This document shows positions 27,688-41,933 of a stretch of 64,000 nt of DNA, piece by piece. The translations under genes were made by a program, and so were the position numbers. Position 1 is the first letter of the stretch, and every line of letters begins with the position of its first letter. This stretch comes from Octopus bimaculoides. Taxonomy: Eukaryota. The notes below the pieces were generated by a model. That model was given only the letters and a program-made list of their open reading frames with translations, searched no databases and had not been told where the DNA came from. The stretch covers positions 158,783,949 through 158,847,948 of the forward strand of contig NC_068982.1 of NCBI RefSeq assembly GCF_001194135.2. The letters are read 5' to 3'.

Positions 27688-28465
27688 GGAAATAAATACA
27701 TATATGATTATTTATATATGTATATGTAGATATATAGGAATGTTAATAGGTATGTGTTTCTATGTATACTCAACTATATACATTAACTATCGTATATGCA
27801 CAAATATAAATAAATATATTATTATATAAGTTGTGTGTATCTGTGGATTAGGGTAGAACATCATAGAAAAGGAAAAGGAATAAAACAGCTTAATCACTAA
27901 AACCATGATAAAGTATATATACCTTATTAACATCGATAGAGAAGATAAATGAAACTCATGTAATGGTTGCATTGTGCAATTAAATGGAGTCGCTTGAAAC
28001 GATCGTACTGCATTACCTCTGGATATCCTGTTGCTCATTTTGATTCTAATTACCTTATTTTGAAGCTCTATGGAAAATGCCGTACTAAATCTTGGTGCCT
28101 CAACTGAAGTACCTAATTCATCTGAATCTAAATTTTTGCTTATATATATAATGGCAAATTACATGGTCGCACCACATGGTAGAAGAATATGTCTAGTAAC
28201 TACCTTATTTATCACATAGGTACGAGCTGAAAGTGATGAAAATGAAGGAAAACATTTTAAAAAGGTTTAGCCTTGGATCAATTGATTTCTAGATCAGGGA
28301 TATAACTTCAGGATATGAGTACAATGTTCACATTTATATACATACTTTAAATCTAGATCGTTCATCGCAGCCACTTATGAATAACGAAAATTACTCAGCG
28401 GTGAACTCATATTTATTATAATAATGTATATATGTATATATATATGCATATGTATATATATACGT

Positions 28466-28609
<144 letters not shown>

Positions 28610-28754
28610 AGAATTCACAGAAAAAAACAAAAGACGAAGACAGATGGTGTAGAAAACAAACAGATGGATTAGTATAACGCTCGCGAAGTGAAAAAGTCTC
28701 TCTATATGTATTCAACCACACTAACACCACACTAACACTATACATAATATTATA

Positions 28755-29725
28755 GTGGAAAAAAAACTTTTTCAGGCATGGTTCTCAGTAACCTGAAACT
28801 TCACCAGCCGAAAACTAATACTCGTGACCTCTCTCCAGCCCATCCGTTTGATATCATTGATCTCAATAATGCCAACTGGGATGCAGTCATGAACGAGCTG
28901 ACTCATGCTGACTGGTCTTTCACACATGCATGCACCTCCTCTACCATTAAAACATCTTGGCAGATCTTTGTAGACACTGTCACAATCATATGTGCTAAAT
29001 ACCCACCAAGACCTGTGATGATATATGAAGACCATCATCAATAACCAAAGAACAGCTGAGGAGAAATGAGCTATTGAGAGAACCAAACTCAACCCCCAAA
29101 GTGTCCCCTTTGCGAAAAACCAAAAGTCACTGTCTGCACTGTTGGCATTCTGATTAATGATAATGGCACTCTCCAAGATAATGCCAAAACCATGCAGGAA
29201 CAATACTGATATCTTCAGCAATCTTGTTATGGCCGATCTGTGCTGTATCAGTGATGTTAATCCTCAACACACTGTATCTGGCATAAGGTTTGGCACCCCT
29301 CATTCTTAGCTGCAATAAACGAAATTAAACAGGAACTGATAGGTTTCTGTTTGCATCCTTAAGGTTTGTAGACACCAACTTGCATCTTCTCTTGCTTATT
29401 TGTGGAGGAACTAACTGGATGCTGGCTATATTCCTGGAAACATTCTGTCCCAGTCTGTTGACTCAGTTTTCAAGAAAGGAAATAAGTCCTTTGCAATGAA
29501 CTGACGTCCGATCTCACTCACCTCTCCTATCATCAAGGTATTTCAGTGGAAGGTGAGATCACGAATAAACCACTTTCTTGAAAGTTAAAGTGTGCTGAAT
29601 CCCGACCAATATGGGTTCCGTAATGGAACGAACTGCCGAACGCAACTCCTGCATCAATTTGATGACATTTTGAGAGATTTGAACAGCGCGCCAACACTGA
29701 TGTCATCTACCTTCATTTCAGCAAG
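28755..29725 (+). mobile_element. CR1/L2-group LINE fragment (tether plus RT N-terminus), with stops and deletions
   Basis: DLNNANWDAVMNELTHADWS..SWQIFVDTVTIICAKY and SVFKKGNKSFAMN*RPISLTSPIIKVFQW..VLNPDQYGFRNGTNCRTQLL..DVIYLHFSK are canonical RT motifs. Confidence 0.9.
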
Positions 29726-30015
29726 AACTGGTCATAACATACATCACACTCGCATCTCATAACAACAATACGGCACAATGATTTCACCTCACTTGGCTCC
29801 GCTCTCTTTAAAACAGAAACAGACCGCATAAAGTTCAAGAAACCCGGATAAATTTTCTATACCGGGATATGTCTCCATAAACAATAACTCTTTACTTGAG
29901 TTGGTCATGTCCGCACCCTGATTTGAATGACTTCGCCAGGTGGTGGGAATAAGTTAGACATAACTTGTGACAATACTATCCGAAACCTATGAAAGTTTAT
30001 ATATACACACTCACA

Positions 30016-30046
<31 letters not shown>

Positions 30047-30162
30047 TATAAATGCATATATATATATGCTGAGGACGGGTAAATACCAAGAAACTCGAGC
30101 CCGTATGTATATATATGTATATATACATCCATACATCCATATAAAAATATATACATGTATAT

Positions 30163-30209
<47 letters not shown>

Positions 30210-30639
30210 AAGGTAAAACATATCACAACCCTTGTAAATAAATAATTGGATCTAAATATTAAATGAATGAAAGCAGAATTATTAGCGATATTCAGAAACA
30301 CATTAATAAAATATTGAGTGATTTGTAAAACTCAATAAGCATGTAAATTAAATAAAGCTATTGATAAAATTTTAATGCAATTAACAAAGTTTCTCTGATG
30401 AAGAAAAAAAATAACACAAAATAGTTCCACAAATCACAGAAAGAAGCCTCTGATATTTTACACAAAATGAATGTCAGTTGCAGAAATATTCATATATCAG
30501 TTTCGATATTTAATCACATGTTGTTTATGATGTTGTTACAAGCACAAATAGTATTACTACTTTAAACAGCAATCAAGCAAAATAAAGTAGAGAGTATTAC
30601 AAGAAGTAATAACGGCTCTAAGCATATCTTTTCACAACT

Positions 30640-30772
30640 AAGTTATCTTTCATATCTTACTGGTTTAAGTCAATAGACTACCGAACTGCTAGGTTAATGG
30701 GACTTAAACACACCACAATCGGTTGTCAAGTTTCGGTTGGGGACAAATACAGAAACATACATACATACATAT

Positions 30773-30831
<59 letters not shown>

Positions 30832-30998
30832 CGTATGTATGTATGTACGGGCTTTTTTCAATTTGTACATATCAAATTCACTCATAAGGCTTCGGTCGGC
30901 CCGACGCTATGATAATAGATGCTTGCTAACCCACGTTACCACGCAGTGGGACTAAACCATGTGTTTGGGAAGCGAACCTCTTATCACACAGCGATGCA
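30640..30998 (-). mobile_element. tRNA-derived SINE, family B, with internal (TA)n
   Basis: aaacacacc..atcggttgtcaag, aaggcttcggtcggcccga and ccacgcagtgggact..accatgtg match the copy at 54983-55393. Confidence 0.8.
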
Positions 30999-33694
30999 TC
31001 GTTAAGAATTACAGTGAGATATAACTATGGTTCATTAAAGAACAAGAAAAGAGTGCTTCGATATAAATATTAATAATGTGGCAAGTAAAAGAAAATGTTT
31101 TTATGAAATATTACAACTTTGGTAAGAACACATGCCATTTGATTTGCTGGTTATTTCTCCTTAAATTGCAGTAGGACAGACCTGCAATGCGACTTCACGT
31201 CCCTCACATCTACTGTTTTATATATCCGAGACGTTTTCCCTACCATTTTTGACTCGGGGTTATCCTTCCTGAAAATGTTTTCACTTTGCTGAATGTGAAA
31301 TTTGTTTTACCCAACAAAGCTTTGTCCATAATAAAGCACACGGTTCCGATGTTCTAACAAAAGCCTTCTATTTATAAATCCCACGTGAGTTCGATATCCA
31401 CATCTATTTAATTCGATCCAAAGATTTGACCCTTACTCTATTTGTTCGACCGACGAGAAAACTCCTTTAAATATTCCATACACCATACCGTCTTCAAAAA
31501 AAAATGGGAGAATCCATTTGGTAAGGTTGTCTGGAGTACAGTTTGGCTAAATTAAAACAGGATTGGTTACGGCTGAAATGCATTTGATCTAGTTTAAGAA
31601 CGGGGTTAAACAACAAAATATCACCAACAATACCTTTTAAATCGATAATATTATCACCATCACCTTCCCCATCTTAATCGCTCTTAAGTTTAACATGAAA
31701 CCTCTATACATAGTACATGACTAATCAATTACTTTCCAAATGTCAAACATGAGATTATTTCATTGATACAAGTGCTGACATTTAATGAGAAAATTATAGT
31801 CCATCACATTGAAGTCATTGTTTGCCTGGGATTTATTTTATCGACCGCTGAAAGAAGAAAAAAACCAAAATTGAGTGTTGTTTGAACTCAAAACATAACT
31901 ACATATAACAATTCTAAATCGAGTTTACAAGTTCCATCTTCTTTCTCTTCTTTTAGCTAACAAGCATAAAATGAATATAATAGTTTACATTACTTCTCAT
32001 ACGAAATAAATGTAAGAATAACACCACGGTCTTGCTAATATTTTGTTTTGTTTCACACTTTGATGTTTTGCATTTCATATGCACAGACTATTATGAACTT
32101 TAAAAATAAAATACGCATCTAGGCAAGTTTGTTTAACATATGTAAAAGAAATACTCATAGTAACCACAGAAGACATATTTATTCCTTCTATTTATAGTGC
32201 AACTGGCTTTCAGAAAACGAAGCTTTGTGTTGTCACATCGTCTAGAAATAGTTGAATTTGATGTTCTGTTATTTTGCCTAGAAACAAAACAACTACTAAA
32301 TTAGAGCAACAAAGCCATACATATAAGCGTAGAATTTTGTTCAAATATCATACTTTCTTGGCACCAACAAACAAAAAATTGAAAACAAAAAGTTAAATTC
32401 TTTAATCACACGATACACGCCTGTAAATAACTGTTTGCTAGGAGTCATATCAAACGCGTGTACAATAATATTCACATATAGAACAAACTTTGTTCATAAA
32501 TACACATACTGACGTACAAATACTTTTTCGCACACGCAATCATACACACACATTTATAAAGAGAGAGAAAGGGAGAAATAGTCATTCACATGGAAAGATG
32601 CATTTGTGTATATGTATATGTCTCTGTGTGTATAGAGGGAAAGAGTTAGAGAGACGAAGAGGGGGTGAGAGAGAGAGTCAACAGCTGAGATCAAGACAAT
32701 TTCAATATAGAAAACATTTTGTAGCGCTCAAATGATTTGAACTTACACACCGATACCAAAGACAATATCGGCAGGATAATAGAGGAACCAAGTGAACAGA
32801 TAAGGAAACAATAATTCAGATGTAAAAATAAAGGCCTTGGGCTTAAATGTACAAAATATATATATACACGTGTACATCTAAAATGAGAAGGTGGGCTTAA
32901 AATGTTCGGATGATTAACAATCAAATATTATTAGGTTATATATATNNNNNNNNNNNNNNNNNNNNNNNNNNNNNNNNNNNNNNNNNNNNNNNNNNNNNNN
33001 NNNNNNNNNNNNNNNNNNNNNNNNNNNNNNNNNNNNNNNNNNNNNNNNNNNNNNNNNNNNNNNNNNNNNNNNNNNNNNNNNNNNNNNNNNNNNNNNNNNN
33101 NNNNNNNNNNNNNNNNNNNNNNNNNNNNNNNNNNNNNNNNNNNNNNNNNNNNNNNNNNNNNNNNNNNNNNNNNNNNNNNNNNNNNNNNNNNNNNNNNNNN
33201 NNNNNNNNNNNNNNNNNNNNNNNNNNNNNNNNNNNNNNNNNNNNNNNNNNNNNNNNNNNNNNNNNNNNNNNNNNNNNNNNNNNNNNNNNNNNNNNNNNNN
33301 NNNNNNNNNNNNNNNNNNNNNNNNNNNNNNNNNNNNNNNNNNNNNNNNNNNNNNNNNNNNNNNNNNNNNNNNNNNNNNNNNNNNNNNNNNNNNNNNNNNN
33401 NNNNNNNNNNNNNNNNNNNNNNNNNNNNNNNNNNNNNNNNNNNNNNNNNNNNNNNNNNNNNNNNNNNNNNNNNNNNNNNNNNNNNNNNNNNNNNNNNNNN
33501 NNNNNNNNNNNNNNNNNNNNNNNNNNNNNNNNNNNNNNNNNNNNNNNNNNNNNNNNNNNNNNNNNNNNNNNNNNNNNNNNNNNNNNNNNNNNNNNNNNNN
33601 NNNNNNNNNNNNNNNNNNNNNNNNNNNNNNNNNNNNNNNNNNNNNNNNNNNNNNNNNNNNNNNNNNNNNNNNNNNNNNNNNNNNNNNNNNNNNN

Positions 33695-33755
<61 letters not shown>

Positions 33756-34591
33756 GATAGATGACGAATAAAGGTACGACTGAATATCATCAATTACATG
33801 TCACCCAAGTCAAGATTACTTTTTTGCATATCAAAAGTAATGGGTGAGTTTTTGAGGAAATGATGAACGCCAAAGTTCAAGTGCTAGAGAAGGACATCTT
33901 TATTACAGAGACAAGACTTCCAAGACGTTTTTCACAGTTATCGCATTACTCACTAACTATTTCGACTCCGTCTTCATACATATATTATTAGTGCATTATT
34001 CTGCGATTGAAACAGTAACTCTCGCTGGGAATGATGAATATGCACAGTAAACTTAGTAGATTCTCTGCAGCAGAAAGAAAAATATGACGTTTGTGTCAAA
34101 ATTTTGGCTATGAAATGGATTCAAGCAAACGATTGCTTCTCCATAATCACTTATGTAGGTCTATGTGTAATAGGACTATGGATATATACACCCCAAAATC
34201 TGAGTTTAACTGAAAGTATGGTGTTAACATTAACTAGAAATTTGTATAGCAATGCCTTATTTACTTCATCCTTTTGCCTTCATCTTGTTTGGCTCTTTGT
34301 AACAATAAGTCTGTTGTAAATGTGGTAGGAAAAAACACAAAACTACAAAATAAACACACCGCATTATATTCAGTGGTTGATTGTTAAATCTATAATGATA
34401 TTTCATGTCACGTTTGCACAGTCTTGAGTTTTGACATTTAAGCAAACAAAATAGAATGACATAGTACATAATAGATTATTTGATGTTGAGAAAGTTACGA
34501 AAGTGACAATTTAAATTCATGCGTAGGTTTTAAAATGTGGTATGTTATTGTACATAGTAGGTTGGACATACGTTAGAAACCGGTAGAAATC

Positions 34592-34625
<34 letters not shown>

Positions 34626-35249
34626 NNNNNNNNNNNNNNNNNNNNNNNNNNNNNNNNNNNNNNNNNNNNNNNNNNNNNNNNNNNNNNNNNNNNNNNNNNN
34701 NNNNNNNNNNNNNNNNNNNNNNNNNNNNNNNNNNNNNNNNNNNNNNNNNNNNNNNNNNNNNNNNNNNNNNNNNNNNNNNNNNNNNNNNNNNNNNNNNNNN
34801 NNNNNNNNNNNCATATATTTGTCTGTTTATGTGAGTATGTAATTTTTAATTTCGATCTGTACATATGTGTGTGCGGGCGCGTATTTGTGTATGTCCGTCT
34901 GTCGGGGTTCGTAAATTCGCCCGTGCCTGGGTTACATCAAAATGGGTGGTAGCTTGTGAAATTGCCACATGGATTCTGAACAAACGAATAATCTCATCCG
35001 TTGCCGTTAGAAATAATCAACAAATCAGTGCTGAATGACATACCATAATTGCATGCTTTGCCTCAGAAGCGAAAGGACATGGTAGATGATAGAATAATAT
35101 AGAGTACAGGTGAACACTGTTTTTCCTTGCGGTTTGAATGATATTCATGATAACTTTACTCCGCACGGGTGGTACTGGTATTTAGCTTCGATAATATTTA
35201 AATTTACCAGTTGACGCTTAGCTTATTTCTATTAAATTGTACATGATAT

Positions 35250-36240
35250 CACGTTGTTCCGAAAATAATGGCCGCTCTAAGTGTTGTGATTTGAAATGCA
35301 ATTTTATCATAGTATTTTAATTATATTTTAGGTGAATTTCGACATACTTAATAATTGATGTAAGCTCTTTATGAACATCACAAAAAAGGACCTTCGCTTA
35401 CTTTTCAAGTTTGAGTTCAAGCTTGGTAACAATACCTCCCAAACTGCTGCCAATATCAACAGAGCATGGAGAGAATGGTCCACAACGATCCCACAGTACG
35501 AAGGTGGTTTCAGAAATTCGTAGTGGTGGTGTGACCTTTGATGATGAAGAAATTAGAGGACAGTAGTGCAGTGTTGACAATGAACTATTAAAAATAATTG
35601 TTGAACAAAACTCACGTCAAATTTTCAGAGGAATGTCTCAGGCAATGTGCAGAAGATTGGTAACGAGAAAAAGCTCGATAAATGGGTACCGTATGAAAAT
35701 CAAAATGTTCGGCTCAATGAAAATCAAAATGTTAGGCGTTTTGTAGTGTGCTGGACGTTCTTTCTGCGAAACACCAATGATCTTCTTGAGCGAATAGTCA
35801 CTTGTGACGAAAAGTGGATCCTTTATGATAACCGATAATGATCAGTGAATGGCTTGATCGTGATGAGTCCCCGCTCCCGGCAAAGTTCTCAAAACCAAAG
35901 TTGCATTAACAAATGTTTATGTGACTGTCTGGTGGTCTGTAATTGGTTCTGTCCATTACAGCTTTCTAAAAGCCAATCAGAGCATTACAGCTGAGGTTTA
36001 CTGCAATCAACTCGCTGAAATGCATGCTCCCTTACAAAAAATGATGCCTGCATTGGTGACTCGGCGTGGCCCAATTCTCTTCCGTAAAAATGCAAAGCCA
36101 CATGTTGCAAGAATTACGCTGAAGAAACTCACAGACTTGGGATACGACATTTTACCATATCCTCCATGTGCTCCTGATCTTTCAACCACTGGTTAGCATT
36201 TTAAGCATTTAAACACGTTTCTAAGTGATAAAGGGATAAA
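35250..36240 (+). pseudogene. mariner (D,D34D) transposase, disrupted
   Basis: ATG at 35371 MNITKKDLRLLFKFEFKLGNN..; LDKWVPY; ERIVTCDEKWILYDNR; TVWWS..HYSFLK.NQSITAEVYCNQL; PYPPCAPDLS. Multiple frameshifts and a 24-bp internal duplication at 35693-35740. Confidence 0.9.
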
Positions 36241-37486
36241 ACGTTCAGGTCCAAACCAATTAGTAATAAAATGGTCTTGCAAGCCTACATTTGTTGTCTG
36301 TCTAAGTTTTCTGCCTCATATAATATATGCATGTATGTATAAATGGACACTCTAAAAGAAGATTTGATGACATAGAAGCTAAGAGTTAACAAGAATCTTT
36401 TTGAAAGTAATACTGGAAGTTTGTATCTAAAATATAAAATATAAAAGTTACATCATCTTATAATTTAGAATAATTTTCGTAAATATTGATCAGTAGCATG
36501 TCAAAGAAAGCATATACAATGATATATGAAGTAATCAATGAGGTTGCACAACATTTCATGGTTTACAGGCCATAGTGATATTATCAATCTTATAGTGTAC
36601 TCAGACATTTTCAGGATTCTATTTTTGCACTTGTTCACTGTCCCTCTTAGTGCGGTAAGTTAATTTAAATACATTGCCCTTTAATTTATTTCCTAAATCG
36701 ATATTATATTTTCCATATCCACATCATCTTCTGTGCATTTGGAATTCTTACCATTCACATCTCACAATTCCAGGGCGTACTTATTTTCTCACAAATCAAG
36801 TATATATGGGTACGTTACTGCTTTTCAAATTTCAGTCTTTTTCTATAAAATTAATGGAATCAAACAGGGATTAATACAATTCATAAATATGACGTATATT
36901 CAATCTATAAAGGAAATTAACCGTTTCATGTTTCACTATAACACAGACATGGTGAATAATGATATAAATTAGCGATTATTAAAATTTATTCCATATATTG
37001 CTATAAGTACTGCGATATGTGGAATAATATCATTATTATTATTCCAATTCAAACAATTAATTATTATGATTATTCTAGTTTTAATAATCAATAGAGTGTC
37101 TATTTTTACTTCTGATGGTATTTGTATAGTTATTAATGTTGTTACTGGCTGTAGCAATTAATATGGATGCTAATTAATTTTGCTATCATTATCAGTGACA
37201 TTCTATGTCGGCGAGGTTGGTAGAATTGTTAGAGCGTCGGAAAATGTAAATAATGCTTTGCGGTATTCCTCCCGAATCGTTGTAGTATTCCAAGGTCAAA
37301 TTCCTAAAATTAGAGAATTACGAATGGCATGTGTAATGATAATACACAGGAGTCTACCGACACTTCGAGATAAGTTAAATAATGTTATCTTACAACTTCC
37401 AGCTAAGATTACATGAGATTGATTCACTTTCAGGTCACGTGCGTATATGCAAACACACACACACATATACACGGAAAGAATTATCA

Positions 37487-37690
37487 AAGGCATATCACTA
37501 TAATGTTCAAAAAATTGCCAGAAGGCTAAGATTGCAAGAGCTTAAAAACGCACTTCTGGACAGACACTACCCAATTCAACACATAAATGTAGGAATTACA
37601 CGTGCAAAGTCGATTGATATAAAAAAACATTCAGAAAAGTCGGGCACAACTACACGCCTACTCTGAAAACACTACCTTATGTCTCCACTA
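37487..37690 (+). mobile_element. Penelope-like element fragment (RT thumb/linker)
   Basis: YNVQKIARRLRLQELKNALLDRHYPIQHINVGITRAKSIDI..TLKTLPYVST resembles the PLE (IP)YNLARR..L.EL...L..R.YP...I..GI.RA..I....LPY.ST region. Confidence 0.65.
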
Positions 37691-38008
37691 AATGTTAAAT
37701 AATCTGTTTATTTTTCACGTCTAGACGTATCCTTGCCGAACCGTTTTTACTCCACATCTCTCTCACTCTGTATTTATATTTTTAAGACGTTTCGCTTGTG
37801 CGAAAATTTGTTTGCAGCTCTGTATTAATGATTTTCAATTAAAAAGCCATTTTTTTTCATTTTTCTTGGTATAATTTCGAACTTGTTACCAGCAAATGGG
37901 CTTTTTATAAACTTATATAAATTGTTGGAGGTTACTGATAAATTGTTTGAATGTTATTGAATAAAGGAAAATTATAGCTACCCGCGCATGAAATATGAGA
38001 AATCTTAC

Positions 38009-38075
38009 CAGACTGAGATTTTCAAATTTTGTGAAGACTTACCTGAAAAATACGAAAGAAAAAATATGACATTAG
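38009..38075 (-). other. Strong 3' splice site fused to a consensus 5' splice site (AG|GTAAGT) followed by a 34-nt cryptic exon and second donor
   Basis: Minus: ttCTAATgtcatattttttctttcgtatttttCAG|GTAAGTcttcacaaaatttgaaaatctcagtctg|GTAAGA. Confidence 0.45.
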
Positions 38076-38346
38076 AATTTGCAAATTAAGGTAAATATAT
38101 AGGTAAATATACAGATGAGCAAATATTGATAAACAGCAAAAGTATGAAAACATTATGTGTAGTAATATAAACATATTTTGTAAAGATGTGCTAGATGTCT
38201 CTTGATTGTGCTGTTTATCCACAAATCACCTCTGGCTGAGGAGGCATCTTCATTAAGTAAATACAGCTTTGAACATCTTAATTGCATATAGGTCTGTCGA
38301 ACAAAATTATTTTATGATGTTCATTTGTTTTCATTTAAGACAGAAT

Positions 38347-38760
38347 GAAGGCAGTGAGTTGACAGAATCGTTACCAAGCCGGATTACATGTTTACCGGAA
38401 TTCCTTCTGGTCTTACGTTCAGATTTTAAATTCTGCCTCGGTCGACATTGCCTTTTATCCTTTCGGGATATAGTTGCTATTATCGTAGTTGGAAGGCAAG
38501 CTAGTTCGGTCTTAGCATACCTCTGATCATAGGCGTTTCAGGTATCACCAATGGAGTATTTTGTATATCAGATTTAACATTGTTCCATTATGTCCATTGT
38601 CTTTTTAACAGCTGGTGATTTGGCTGCTATTACTAGCCGAATTTGCAAATGTCTAGACAGTAGCAATCATAATTATGGTCAAGTACTGGGTCGATGCAAT
38701 TGCCAACCTCCCTTCCCACAAAACATCAGTCCTTTTGCCTATAATAGAAAGAATTATTAG
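38347..38760 (+). mobile_element. SINE family A split by another repeat
   Basis: Head/body at 38347-38470 (gaaggcagtgagttgacagaatcg..tcggtcgacattgccttttatcc) and tail at 38680-38760 (aagtactgggtcgatgcaattg..gcctataatagaaagaattatt). Confidence 0.7.
38480..38620. repeat. Interspersed repeat family D, copy 1
   Basis: caagctagt..tcttagca..tctgatcataggcgtttca.gtat.acca.tggag..tattgtatatcag.tttaacattgttcca is shared with 40717-40860. Confidence 0.8.
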
Positions 38761-39964
38761 TAATGAATATTGTAGCTTTACTGGCACTTTTGCCGGTGAC
38801 ACGTGCAAAAACATTCGAGCGAAGTCGTTGCCAATGCCGCTGGACTGGCTCCTGGGCAGGTGGCACGTAAAAACACCACCTGAGCGAATAACAGTGTAGA
38901 AGGACCACGAATGTGATTGTATATTAATAGAGGAATAACGGAGGTTCTACTAGATATAAAGCAAAACGCACTGTTTCGATGTATTGTGTTAAACCTAGTT
39001 TAGTTATATTCCTTGCGAAGTTTTGTTGGTAAGAATGCATTCTATAAGTCCTTAGTAAAATCTCAACACGCTTGTTCAAAATATGGTTTATTGTTATAAA
39101 CTTTTGTACACACACACTCACGTACGCGCGCGCACAAAGATACGCTCGCGTACGCACACACGCACACACATAATGCGTTTATTTAATATGAACTTCAGGT
39201 AATTCTATATAAAATTTCGTGAAATAGGTCAGATGTTCAGACATGTATATGTATGGGTGTGTTTATGTATGTATGCAGATGTTACATATGTTTCCTTGAA
39301 TTCGTTTGTAATGACTTTTATAGGTATGAGAGCGTAACATGTGAAGGAACAACCCCCTTTCTCTGAATACTGACTGATGTCCAGCGTTGACATGATGAAC
39401 TAAATTATACTCTTGAAGTAGACCTTTTGGTATGGCCACTATCTAGCTGGCTGGCAAAACTGTAATCTCTCTCTCTCTCTCTCTCTCCATATATNNNNNN
39501 NNNNNNNNNNNNNNNNNNNNNNNNNNNNNNNNNNNNNNNNNNNNNNNNNNNNNNNNNNNNNNNNNNNNNNNNNNNNNNNNNNNNNNNNNNNNNNNNNNNN
39601 NNNNNNNNNNNNNNNNNNNNNNNNNNNNNNNNNNNNNNNNNNNNNNNNNNNNNNNNNNNNNNNNNNNNNNNNNNNNNNNNNNNNNNNNNNNNNNNNNNNN
39701 NNNNNNNNNNNNNNNNNNNNNNNNNNNNNNNNNNNNNNNNNNNNNNNNNNNNNNNNNNNNNNNNNNNNNNNNNNNNNNNNNNNNNNNNNNNNNNNNNNNN
39801 NNNNNNNNNNNNNNNNNNNNNNNNNNNNNNNNNNNNNNNNNNNNNNNNNNNNNNNNNNNNNNNNNNNNNNNNNNNNNNNNNNNNNNNNNNNNNNNNNNNN
39901 NNNNNNNNNNNNNNNNNNNNNNNNNNNNNNNNNNNNNNNNNNNNNNNNNNNNNNNNNNNNNNNN

Positions 39965-40024
<60 letters not shown>

Positions 40025-40716
40025 ATGTATGTATGTATGTATGTATGTATGTACATATATATTTGTGTTTGTGAGTACACTCACACATGTACACTAATTC
40101 AATATTACTACTTCTTAATACTGATATATGCTTACAAAACTCAAATACCATATTTATACAATGGTATTGGAAACTATGTTTACCCTTGTTTAATATTTAC
40201 TGTATTAATATTACGGATGACATGGATGTCCATATTACTTGTGCGTTGAACGCACTTCGGAACTGCATTGTCATGAAAGCGTTTACCGTATCAAAATACT
40301 AAGTTAATACATTGAATATTAGTAAATGGTTGTCAAAATAAAATAATAAATGGATAATTAATTTTTTTTTTCATCGTGAGGAAACAGCGTCAATCGTTTA
40401 AAAACAATACAAGCAAAAACGAAACAAACAATTCTATATAAAAACGAAATTTAATTTCTGTTATAACAATATTTCCCAGTTCAAAGGCAATACTTGTTAT
40501 TTTAATTTACATATAGTTGTCAGACTACGTTAGATGTTGATATTTAGTAGCAATTCAGTTGTGTTAGATCGTTTGTTAATAAGCCTATGGTATGTTTGAC
40601 ACACCGTTTGTGTAGCAATAACATTCTTATCATTTCATATAGTTTTGGGCAATTTCAAGGAAATGTGATTGTATAGAAGCTTCCATAATTTACTGGAAGA
40701 TATAGGTATTGTTTTT

Positions 40717-40860
40717 ATCATTGTTGTTGAAAGACAAGCTAGTCAAGTCTTAGCACATCTCTGATCATAGGCGTTTCAAGTATTACCAGTGGAGCATATT
40801 GTATATCAGGTTTAACATTGTTCCACTATATCCTTCTTTTTTAAACTGCTGGCGATTTAG
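40717..40860. repeat. Interspersed repeat family D, copy 2
   Basis: Same orientation as 38480-38620 and alignable by eye over about 140 bp. Confidence 0.8.
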
Positions 40861-41681
40861 AAGCTTAAGAAATATTGCTAACTATTTTTGTGATGAAATT
40901 AGAAATTGTGGAACCACATTCAACATAATTTTTCACTCTTATGATGTCTATAAACAAAATAACAATGAAATACTGGTTTAAACAATAATTCTAATATTAT
41001 TATTTCCGTGAAATACAGTGAGCTAGTAGAACCGCTTCCATTTTGGACAAAATGCTCTTACGTTCTGAAATGAAATGCCACGGAGATCGGCTTTGCATTT
41101 CATCTATTCAAAGTCGATAAATTATGTAATCGATTAGAATCCTCACTCGAAATTTCAGGACTTCAACCTGAAGTAGAAAGGGTTATTATTCCTTCCTTCA
41201 AAGGTAAATTTTGTTACATTTATATCGTCATAGAAAATTCTTTACACTCTATGTAAGATGATAATCTATGACGTCATTGCTGGTGCTCTTTCGATATTGG
41301 AACACATACATACGCACACAAGAAAATGATAAGGCAGTGATGAAGACAAGAATAAGAAAAGAATCTTTGGCTTTTATTGTTTAGTGTAGTGTACAGTAAG
41401 CATTGTTCCTATTTTATAGCGTCAAAGAGTTCAAGAAAATATTGTCAAGTGATGAAAACTCGACAAAAGTTAATGGTTTTTGATCCAATTATCACTTAGA
41501 AACACATATAATTACTATAATTACGTTGATTAGAATATTGTTATAAAAAAGATGGAAAAGAAAGATGAATAAAGGAGAGAATCAGCAGAGAAAAGACATA
41601 ATATCAGTGTATGTGTGTGTGTGTGTGTGCTTGTGGATACATAAATACTTTGACATACGCAAATACACAACGTATATTGTA

Positions 41682-41727
<46 letters not shown>

Positions 41728-41933
41728 AAATACATATATGTGTGTATATAGTTGAAGTGTATTCCGTTAAGAATGTATTAGAGTACGGATTAGAGCTTGT
41801 TCACACTTAGTATTACCAGATAGCCGGCACTATTATGGTTTACTACAAATTCCAAGCTTAGGCATTCCTCGTGTGAGAAATATAAAATGGAAAGAATAAA
41901 TAGAGTCAAAACAAAGAGAGAGTACGATCCAAG

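Noticed and set aside
37775-37815. Minus-strand GCGAAACGUC hammerhead-like 3' half near the Penelope fragment
   Set aside because: No CUGANGA-like box at the right spacing, no stem I, and opposite in orientation to the nearby PLE fragment.
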